Shown here piece after piece: positions 49,791 through 60,581 of a DNA stretch of 64,000 bases. Position numbers and translations under genes: made by a program. The DNA comes from Oopsacas minuta (Eukaryota; Animalia; Porifera). Positions within the stretch are counted from its first letter, which is position 1. Each line of letters begins with the position of its first letter. The stretch spans positions 1-64,000 of the forward strand of contig JAKMXF010000323.1 in assembly GCA_024704765.1 (NCBI GenBank), written 5' to 3'. The notes under the pieces are model-generated. The model was not told where the DNA came from and did not search any database. It was given only the letters and a program-made list of their open reading frames with translations.

Positions 49791-50039
49791 CTATATTCAG
49801 TTAGCTAAGTTATAGCATAATTTCAAGTCAATAGCTTAGTTCATTGTTTAGTTATGATGAATTTTCGATGGAATAGAACATATTTATCAACCATATAATT
49901 TAGCTGTTTAATGCTTAAGCTAAAGTTGAAGTAGTAAGCTTTCGTTCAGCGATCCCGCAAGCGAAGCGCGCTAGAAATAAGATAACAAATATTTATACAC
50001 CTCAATTCCATAATAATATGTTCTAATGCGTTGTATATA

Positions 50040-51370
50040 TCAGGGCGTTCAATAAGTCTTGCGGGTCATGATATATCTTAGGAATAATCAAGTAATAGAT
50101 TTAACTTTCATATATTATAAGCCCATATAGTTAAACTCCGTATACTGAAAGTTTCAAACTTATTCAATGCAATTTATGAATTTTTGAGATAATTACGTGC
50201 AGTCAATTTAAACCCACTCTTGAATGTATGGCTTCAAAGGATGATAATTTCAACCTCAAATGGCGAGCTTACATAGAGTTTCGCACAATACTCAAGATCC
50301 AGCCAGTACAGATCTTCAGCGAGTTACAGAAGAAATTGTGCATGGATTGCCCTTCCAAATCTACTGTATAGCGATGGGCTGCCCAGTTTAGATCTGGTGA
50401 TTCTGATGCCACAGATTTGCCTCGAACTGGGAGACCGGTATCCGCCACTAATTCAGAGAATATCGCATTCATTGAATGTACGGTCATGGAAGACAAGTGC
50501 ATTACTGATATTCAGCTAGGACAAAGAATGGAGATTTCATCGGGAAGCTATTTACAGAATTCTGACGACTGAGCTTGGCTACCGATCGATTTGTGGGAAA
50601 TGCGTCCCACATAAGCTCAGTGAGAATCCAAGGTTGGAACGACTGAATATTGCCCAGAAACTCTTGGAAACTTATGAGAACTGCAATTCTAGATGCCTAA
50701 CAGAGATTTTTACTGGTGACCAGACGTGGGTGTACTATTCAACACCATATAGAAATTATTAGAAGCGATCATGGTGAGGGGCGATGAATAACCGGCCAAA
50801 ATTCCTAGGCCCGACTTCAGAAAACCTAAGATTATGTATAGCATCTTCTTCAGTAGTCATGGAATTGTCTTGCAATTACCTTGTGAGAGCGGCAAGGCTG
50901 TTACTGCTATTTTCTTTACAGAGCAAGTGCTTCCAAATTTGATAAAAAATATAGAAAGTACCGCCCGAAAACAGGAACTCGAGGAATGAAGATTTTAATT
51001 GATAACGGCAGTTCCCATACAGCTAAGCTTACCAAAGATTTCTTGGATGTAGAAGGGTTAGAATTACTTCCCCATCCACCATACTCACCAGACCTAGCTC
51101 CGTGTTATTTTTGGCTGTTCCCCAAGCTTAAAATCTACCTTCAAGACAAAGATTCAACACATTACAAGCAATCGGAACGGACCTGTACCAGTAATTCAAA
51201 TCCATCCCCGAAGAAGAGTACAGAAATGTGTTTACAAATGGGTAGAAAGATTAAAACTTTGTGTATCTGCAGGAGGGGATTACTTTGAATAAATAATATA
51301 GTGAATTAGTGTGTATGGTGTTTGTATCATATTCTATGAACTCACCCGCAGGACTTATTGAACGCTCTAG
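50040..51370 (+). mobile_element. Full-length but decayed mariner, 1331 bp
   Basis: Imperfect TIRs (..AG(G/A)GCGTTCAATAAGTC(T/C)TGCGGGT) with TA flanks. Transposase from 50228 has stops and frameshifts; motifs altered to TGDQTW, IDNGSSH and SPDLAPCY. Confidence 0.88.
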
Positions 51371-51439
51371 TATAGGTGTTTATGATGTGTACATGTAGTG
51401 TGAGTGGTGCATATGTGTTTGTGTTACATTTGTGTTTTC

Positions 51440-52660
51440 ATGTTGTTTCAATGCGATCTGGAAAAGATTAGTTTTCAGCTGTTAATTATAGATCTCAAGG
51501 GACGGCGAGTCTCGGATGAAGGAGGGAGGGGATTTCATTAAGTGGGGAGTAGCGATTGAGAAGGATCGATCACCAAGAGTCTTAGAGGATTTTATGTTTG
51601 AGGTTCATGAAGAATAGCATTATTTGATCTGAGATCACGAGATGGCTGTTATACGTTTATCAGTTGGAAGATGAAGTCTGTTGTTAGAGAGTCGATAGTT
51701 TTGTAGGTGATGAGGACTTTGGAGAGGATGCGATATTTGACAGGGACCCAGTGTTGATCAAAGAGAAGAGAAGTGAATGGTTTGACTCTGGAGACTTGAT
51801 GAATAAGTCTGACTGGACAGTTATGGAAACGCTGGAATCTTGAGAATAGAGTGGAAGGGAGAACTTGAAGAAGTCGAGACAAAAGTCACCTGGGCATTCC
51901 CAAGAAGAGTTTCACAGAATTGATAGTGGAGATATTTCATTACTTCTTGGGTTGATGACATGCTAGATGAGGCGACCTAGATATCAAGATGGACTTTGGA
52001 GAGTTGCTGTGTAGTACCGATGATGAAATTCTGTTTTTGCACCATTGATGAAGCTGCTGTTGTTGAGTAGCCACTTACGAGTGTCAGATACACAAGAATC
52101 GATTCTGATAACTGCGGTGTCCTCTGATGTTGAGAAGTTTGAAGGAGAGGTAGATCCGAGATTCATCGTCACAGCAGTGTATTTTAGATGGGATTTGATG
52201 AGATCGAAAAGAGGATTAGTATCAAGAGCAAAGAGGAGAGGCCTAAGACGATAACTTTGTGGGACGCTATGTACAAGATGTAGATCAATTGATTGAGACA
52301 TACTGTTGTCTATCGGATAGATAGGATCTAAACCATGAGAGCAAACAATCAGAGATGCCGAAATGTTTATACAACGATGAAGCAGGATGGGGTGTTAACT
52401 GCTGAGCTGAGGTTAAGATAAGAGCTAGAACGTGTAGGGATGGAGTCGAGGTTACTAATCTTTTTGGGAGCAGAGCTATTAAATGCTTGATGTCTTCTTT
52501 AGTTAGTTTGCTGAATTTGTAGAATTGCTGGCGAGACACGGCTTTAGGATCGTTGTTGGAAATGAAAGTTGGCAAAGTCGTAAGATGATTCTGATAGACA
52601 AGAATGACGAAGCGTGAGATTGTAGAAATACGTGATGATGAATCGTCCAGTAACTACGTC
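51440..52660 (-). mobile_element. L2/CR1-clade LINE 3' fragment (RT), internally deleted
   Basis: LLSWFRSYLSDRQQYVSIN, SVPQ...LRPLLF, decayed YADD region (HCCDDESRIYLSF), HWVPVKYRI...ITYK, and a terminal LKTNLF-like segment. Confidence 0.85.
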
Positions 52661-54623
52661 CGATGGGTATAAGCCATAGTTTACCAATTGGGAACTAGTG
52701 ACAAAACTATTGCCTGCTCAGTGTTCTCTGTAACAAAGAAGAAATTCCAGTTGGTAGACTTTGGATTTTATCAATCCTCACGATATATAATTCTAGTATA
52801 GTATATCAAGGTTAGGTTACTAGCCGATTCAAATTGAAATTTTTCGTTTATTCACTAGTCTACTGTATTGACCACAGGACTTAGGTAAGTGCAAAATATT
52901 TGAATTGGGAACTGGCTCGGTTATATGAAGAATTAATGAGGTCTAAACATATATTTCACATTTCAAAGCACCTAGAAAGGCAATGTGCGCAAATGACGCG
53001 CATCCTCAGAAACATATCTTCCACGCTATACTACTTTCATTTACACTAACCGAACAAAAGTACTTGCACTCCACTATACAAAATTGTAAATGCTGGAAAT
53101 ACGAGGATAATGGAATTTACGTTCATATATCTGAAGAATTTGGCTATCTTAGTCGACATTGTCCAGACTAAATCGATGAATGTTTTCCTAATTAGATATT
53201 ATCTAGCAACACCTACTCATTAAATAGATAATAAGCAAGATATATATTCAATTGCAGATTGCATAGAATTCATATGAGATGCAACAATTCTAATAGATAA
53301 TTGTTTTCTACTGGATTGTATTACCCCAGTAGGTCGATTTCGAATTGTTTAGAGCACACGTCGTTGACATATTTGCTGCTGCATATTCGTGCCACAAGGG
53401 GCACAAATGGCACATCACTAAAATATTGGCACCAGAATGGAAAACATTATGAGAATCATTGGAGATTCTCTAATTTACTTGCAAACCTTAGGAAAGGCAG
53501 AAAATATAAAAATGCTAAGTTTTCAACACGATTTATGCCAAACAATTCATATTATTCATACTAGGGTAATTCATCTCGTTAATTTAAAATTTGTCATTAG
53601 AATTGTTTGAATTCATTTGAACCTTGTGAAATTGTGTGAATTGAATTTCTCATCAGCATAATATATCTATTAATGAACAAAGAGTGACTAGAAAATATCT
53701 AATGAAAAAGTATTCACCGATGTAGTAAGGTCTTTCAGGTATATCATATTCAAATGTTCGCCATAATTCCTAGATTTACAGTAGTATATTTAGGTGTGTG
53801 GAAGTTCTTTGGTTCGGGTAGTTAATGTCTCAAAATTACTGTATCTAAGATACAATCACGGAAGAATTATGTAATTATTGCGAGAATTTATGATAATCGA
53901 TAAATGCAAAACATATGTCAAAACCTGTTTATTACTTACCATATTTTTCCAGGATGATATGCTAAGAAAAGCAAGAAAACACCGATTGACAATTTGTGAA
54001 ATTCACACATTTTTGCAATCTTAGAATTTACATTTTGTGTGAAATAATTTACACTTAAGGAAAAGCGCTTTAGAAAGTTTTGACATATAATACAAGATTG
54101 AGTCATGATAGTTGCAATTATCAGTGACAAAGTAAGGATGGATTAAGACTCACTCAATTATGTACCTTGTGAAGAGCGAACTCTGTCTTTTAAGCGAAAC
54201 TTATTAAATATTTGATAATTGTAACTTTGGTGAGAATATGAATCATAAATAGCACTGAAATATAGATAAAGCCATATTATATGGTGAATAAAGGAACTAG
54301 AGATTGATAATCTCATGATTGATGAGAATGATACATGTGTAGAATAATTTTGTAATCCATACAAATATATATTCCAGAGAGTTTGGATAAACATTCATGA
54401 AATGGCAATAAATAATTGCATAAATACTACATCTTTACTGAAATGATAAATGAAACAATATGGAAGAATTCATGCATTTTATCCAAGATTTAAATTTGTA
54501 CAGGTATATCAAAATCATTTGATATAATTAACTGAAAAATAGTTGTAATACATAAAATAAATAAAAATGGAAATATGTATTTTGAACAAATAATATACAA
54601 AATACTATATAAGAAAATACATA

Positions 54624-55043
54624 TTAATTAGAATAGAAAGCCAAAATGTCGGACTGGAGCATTTCAGGCTTAGTTAAAATTTGTGTATCTCTACTGAGGT
54701 GTGTCAAAGTACTTGATAATTCTGCTCGCATCCTGGAAAGAGTTAATGATTTCGCTGAAAATTCTTTAAGACTTTCAATGAATTCCTTCTTTGAGTTGGG
54801 GAAATACGTTGTACTGAACTCTTGGAAAATAGGTTTCATCATTGAAGAAAATACATAATATTTTGGATCTTTTTTACTTCGCCCTTTGCAGTATTCTTCA
54901 AATCGATCGTTAATCTTTTCAATAGATATATTTGATCTTAGATTCAAGAAATTGGAAGGTTCCATATTCAAACTTGTAGCTATTATACCTTGACTCTCTA
55001 CATTATACTGTAACTCCGAAACTTCTTTCTCAACTACATTAAC
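54624..55043 (-). CDS. Candidate terminal exon (139 codons) of an unidentified gene
   Basis: The open frame extends upstream of the listed ORF to an acceptor-like TTTTTGAATTTAG|G at 55044/55043. Protein-like helical composition. No family recognised and no upstream exons found. Confidence 0.35.
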   Translation of the reverse strand, partial: VNVVEKEVSELQYNVESQGIIATSLNMEPSNFLNLRSNISIEKINDRFEEYCKGRSKKDPKYYVFSSMMKPIFQEFSTTYFPNSKKEFIESLKEFSAKSLTLSRMRAELSSTLTHLSRDTQILTKPEMLQSDILAFYSN

Positions 55044-55207
55044 CTAAATTCAAAAATATAATGATTAATATATCAAACATAAAAGTATTATACATGAATA
55101 ATATGTAGAGACCTAAGCATGCTAGTACAAGGTGCAAGCACTGTAAACTCAGAATTAAGTGCCTAAATTATGTTTGGGCTATTAATTTTGGCGCTAGTGC
55201 CTCTATA

Positions 55208-55780
55208 CAGGGCTGTAGCCAGAGTGTAGTGTTAGGAGGGCTGAGTAAACTTTAGGGGGGGCTTGGATACTTGAGATTTTTATATCTATTTTTTGGGTAG
55301 GCCTATACCCAAAACTCCCAAGCTACTTTGGGGGAAGGTAAAATTACTTAATACATAAATTTTCAGACAACTAAATTATTTACATCATAGAAAATATCAA
55401 AGGAGGATTCTTGATCATATGAAAAATCAAGGGATAACGTGTTTCCATGTATGGTGATTATAGCCATGAGGAATGAATTCACTATTTGCACATAAATGTA
55501 ATCAAACTGGAAGGAACATATGTTGTGGTGATATAAAATAAAGAATATGATTTCAATGGTCGCTGTAAAAGTATCTATATAATAAGTATATTTACTAGCA
55601 GGAGGAATTTGATAAATAAAATGTTAGTCAATTTGACATATTCACAAACATTTCTTTGCTATAACGAATATTTAAGATCTATCATAGTAAAGATCAATAT
55701 AGCTTAGCAAAGATTTACGGGGTGGTTAAATTTGCTAGGGGGGGGGCTCAGCTCCCCCTAGCCCCCTAGCTACAGCCCTG
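55208..55780. mobile_element. hAT-type MITE, 573 bp
   Basis: 15-bp TIRs CAGGGCTGTAGC(C/T)AG. Perfect 8-bp TSD CCTCTATA (55200-55207, 55781-55788). Confidence 0.93.
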
Positions 55781-57819
55781 CCTCTATATAGCCTAAATAT
55801 TAAACACATCCAAAATGTCTTACAGGAAATTCATTGAAAAATATTAAATACATCAGGCGAAATAAAACCTCGAGTGTTGTATGCTAGTCATTGTCAAATG
55901 GTCATATGGGGGCGATGATAACAATATTGAGAGGCAAACCATTTCTATCATCAACATGGCAAAAATGCTGTTAACAGCATCAAAATTGCTGTAGACAGCC
56001 CTCTTATTGGGAAATCTTTCCTTCCTCAAGACCCATTAAATTCCCTTTTTGTTCAAACCTGCTGAGAGTAGTTAGTAGCATAAGATTTGAAAATTATTTA
56101 AATTATCAGAGGGAAAGTTAGATAAATAGTGTAGTCGGGCCAGGATTTCCCAGTGAACAAAGTGACAAATATTGTTGGGTATAGAATTTATCTATAGAGT
56201 ATAGAATATATGCAAAATTCGCAAAATCCGATTTGGTGAATTATTAGAGGAATTTTGTAGAGTCATTACATTGCACCAGAGCCGTATAAAAATTGAATAT
56301 CTTCTGTGATAGATGTTCAATCACAATATTATAGTAATTTACCTAATCAGCGAAATTTTTGCTTGGTTTATGTCGTCATATGCCCATATTTGGGAAGATT
56401 GGTATGTCAACACACAAAGTCTCAGGAATGTGTCAACATTCCATTCTCAAAACCAACCGATCCCTATCTAATGACTCCTTCTCAAACGCCGCTCGAGAAA
56501 TAGAGCCCAGTTATGGCATATGCGCCGGCTAAATGATCTATAAGTTGATTTACGGTATTGCTCACAACCCAGGTTAATTCTCTCGAAGGTTTTCAGATAT
56601 TTCTTGCAAACACATGATAGTATGTTGTTTGAGGGAAATAAAAACTGTAAATTTGTACTCCAATCATTATTTGAGAAGAATACATACTGATTAGGTAATC
56701 ATAAAATACTTAGTATGCATTGTTCTGGTAGCAAATCATTATGATTGCATAAATATAACTAGTGGAAATGGGTATTGTCAAAATTCCATCAACCAGAAAG
56801 TCTCTTTACTAAATATTACAATCAAACGGGTAGATTGGTGTACACAGTAGTTGGGGGCACGGGATAGGGAAAATATTCATAGTCATCGAAGTGTGTTTTG
56901 AACTTCGAATATGTTAACCATTAATTACATACTATGCAATCCAAAAATAAATGTGATTGAAAGCCTATAGTGGATACGCTGGCTTGTCAAAGTCTATAGA
57001 AATTAAATTACGAAAAAATGTATAATTGAGCTTTGAAAATATTCATCAAATTCAATCTGGCTATTTTTAATACATTTTCTATTTTTTTGAAATTTCTTCT
57101 TCCACAGCCCAAATATGTATTATTTCCTCATTCAATTTAAACATTAAATACTTGGAAAATAATTCCAATTTCCAGATATTATTCCTCTTATTTTCCACAA
57201 AAAATTGTCCAAAATTCGATTATTTCCTAGATTAGAAGAAACCGCAAAAATACAGATAGCACCAGATAGATTATAATTTTAATAGTTATTCAATTATGTT
57301 ATGTATTTGACATACTATATTATCTAAATTCGCTTCAATGGGCAACTTAATTTTGATGTGTAAATTCCGTTCTATTTTCCGTTGTAAGGCAACAATTTGT
57401 TATTTATTATGATAAATTAGATATCAGACCACTTCATTATGATAACTGTATTCGTTCAAAAGTAGTTAGATATTTCAATACAAACGTTGATACATTAATA
57501 AATGAGTTAATATCCATTAATCAAAGATTTATCAATTGCTGAACGTAAAATTCCGAGAAATGGCCATGATTTAGCGAATATTCTGAGAGTGAATGACAAT
57601 AAACTTCCAGATACGGTAGAGAAAGTTGTTAATATCTAAAATATTGAAGAGGATTTGAGAGAGTCAGTTACTTCGTATGTGAAAATTGTTCAAGTTAATC
57701 TGAAAAACCCAAAAAATCAACTAATCACTAATAACTGGGTGGTGGACTTCAGAAATTCCAAGGGACCAAGACATATTAAAGTTTGTCTTCAATCTTCACT
57801 TGGATCATTTGATTTTCAT

Positions 57820-59646
57820 CCCATGAATCCATTGTTGATGATTAACTTGAAATAACAACGGTCCAGGTTATCTTCCATTTTGGATCAAGTGAAGGAAACT
57901 CCGATGACCCAAAACACAACGCCCAAATAATACCCGCACTATTATTGCAACTAATAGCCAATGAGGAAGATAACCGTACGGTTGCAAAGACTGCTAAAGA
58001 AATAGTGGGAAGAAGAATACATAGTTTCGTCAAACATTACTTGGAGACAATTAATCTTTCCATCTTATAGCAAGGTTGCAGATCTATGCGATCTTGTAAT
58101 TTCGTGACCTTCAATATATTTATATCTAGATCCAGTAAAACCAATTGATGTGTATATAATTCATATCCCGTTCAAGTCCAACGAACTTTAGGAGAGGATA
58201 CTATTTACTGTAGATCTCCCAACCAGTGAAGATTTTCCACTTACCTTTAGGATAGCAGATGGTCTAGATGGTTCTGGTTGTCATACTATCTATAACCAGC
58301 AACACACCAACACGAGCACGTAGAATTTCAGTATGTTTCATTATAAACCGCTCTCTATACATAAACATCAGGTAGAGTTGTTTGGAAAGAAAATTCTTCT
58401 AAATCACAATTCTGGCAGAGACCTATCTTTCTGTGTTCTGCGAAGGAACGCGAAGTAAATATTCGTACATTCATGGAGGACACGATCAATCCAGAAAGAT
58501 TTAAGCTTGGAAAAGCATATCAATAGGAGGTGGTTTAGTTATTGTTGATATCATATGATCTATGTTTGACGGGAAGATGTCAACTATTCTTTCTGGTGCT
58601 GGAAGCGCAAGTTGCCTATTGTGCAAAGTCATACAAAAAGATTTGAAGGACAGAGAATTGATAACTGATGGATTCCCTATCAACAGAAAATTATTGATGG
58701 TGCTCAGTTATTCATATACATAGTGATGATATTGATTCATTCTTTGCACTTCAGTCAAACGGTCGTTTTAACTTGACTCATACACCTATCAACCCAAAAT
58801 AAACATAACTTCAGTATCTCCACTTCATTCGTATGTATGCATCTTTCGGTGAGTATATTTTTAGGAAAATAAAGTACAGTTAATTATAACCATTTTGAAC
58901 AATTTAGGTGGTTAAATCTTTTGGTGTGTTATCTTCATATCAAAAACTGAGTTGGTTTATAAACTCTCCAGCAACTAAGAATCTATGAAGTTTATTCAAT
59001 CCCTTATTCTGGAAAAAACAAGTATGAAAGTTGACCTACCTGATCCCAGCAGCGGAACAACCTCTACAGGAAATCCTGCACGAAGGGCCTTTCTGACGAA
59101 ACTGATTACCTCAATTGTGTATTATCTACCATTGCAATTTACCATCCGCCAGCTTTCCGAAAATCAATACACAACTTTCTACAATCATCAATGTGTAGAA
59201 TTCAAGCAGGAAAGTCAACACTTCGGAATTGGGGAATCTGTGCAAAAACACCTATCTTTTGATTGTAGATTCATTGCCCTGGGAAAGTATCACACCTACT
59301 TTACACAAAATATTAGCCAATTCGGAGGAGTTAATTTGAGAGTCTAATGCTGGATTCGGCTTGAAGGTTTTACCTGAAGAAGGTGCAAAATCTTGTAACA
59401 AACTTGTTCGAAAATATCGGGAATTTCTAGCATGGTAAATATAGTTTCGAGACTAACCTTACGGATGTTTTCGTTAGATTAGCTATCCAGAGCAATCCTA
59501 TTTCTGTAAGCTTTGAGCGAAGTTTAACTTGTGAAATTTGTGGCCATTCTGGTGATTCAACGAGTTCGAAATGTTTCAAATCAGATAATATACAACACCA
59601 ATCCAATATAGATGCTCTATTCGCTTCCTTAACCTGTTCCTCATAG
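57820..59646 (+). pseudogene. RAG1-like/Transib-like transposase, decayed
   Basis: GLDGSGCH..Y.Q (D at 58267), QRPIFL..AKE, SMFDGKM...SASCLLC (D at 58568), GTTSTGNPARRAF, ITPTLHKILAN, EEGAKSCNKLVRKYRE (catalytic E position reads K), DVFVRL. Several stops and frameshifts. Confidence 0.85.
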
Positions 59647-60581
59647 TTGCTATACTTGTATATAGATAAATAGTGTTACTGTCGTGGGTACCCATGATTT
59701 AGGTGTATTGTTGAATCATTTATTACCAACCAATATTTTGAATAAATTTTATGCACGCCGATGACGCAATATCATGAAAAATAGACGTCTTAGAAGAAAA
59801 TTAATACTCGCAAAGGACTCGTGGCTATGCAAATAATACATTATACAACGATAGGACACATATAATTGCCTATTCCTTACCAAATGCCATTTTAAACCAC
59901 CTTGGTGTACACGTGTTCACATGTGAGAGTATGCAAGTTTTCATGCACTCCAAATAGTTAGATTGATGATTATCTTTAAGTAAGTGTAATGAAATATAAG
60001 AATTTCTAATGCGCATTAATTAAGCCAAGCCACCTGGACTATCCAGATTCTAACAGAAATCCAGTGAAGATTTCAGAATCCAGGGGAGTTTAGAAATTGT
60101 TGTCCATTTTTCCAAAATAATAGACTGAAATTGCTCTTTATTGTAAATTTGGAACTCTAGGGAAATTTTAGAACTTCCAGAGATTTGGCAAATAAAATCT
60201 CGGGAAATTAGTATAGTGGCTTAAGTTAGTCATTCACTTCAAGCTATTATTAACATTGAATAATGAAATTAATCCTCTTCGTTGACTTTGCCGAACACAG
60301 CGTATTATTGATCCCCCATAGCATACCCTTTAAAGGCCTACCAGTAACTAGTGGATTATGGACCAGGGATGCATAAGTCGAAGGTAATTACAAAACAACC
60401 ACATTAGCTTTTGAATTATAAAATTTTAGAAACCATAACTTTGTTCCTGGCTTGCTCGATATATTTCAAAAAGATTAGTTTTTGTGGCTGTTATATAATC
60501 ACTTCTCTTTCGACATTATTTGTTCTTTGCTCTAACTGTGCAATTATCCTCACCATTACTAGCTTCTACAGATATTTCAAA

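Noticed and set aside
53936-54394. Two short minus-strand ORFs with splice-donor-like ends
   Set aside because: They lie downstream of the stop of the candidate exon, have low-complexity AT-driven composition, and show no family motifs.
57842-58033. Minus-strand ORF that looks like a signal peptide (MTKLCILLPTISLAVF...)
   Set aside because: It is the antisense shadow of the RAG1-like coding region on the plus strand.
59880-59915. ...GGTGTACACGTG as the right TIR of the RAG1-like element
   Set aside because: No matching inverted copy was found upstream (55800-57800), so the ends remain undefined.
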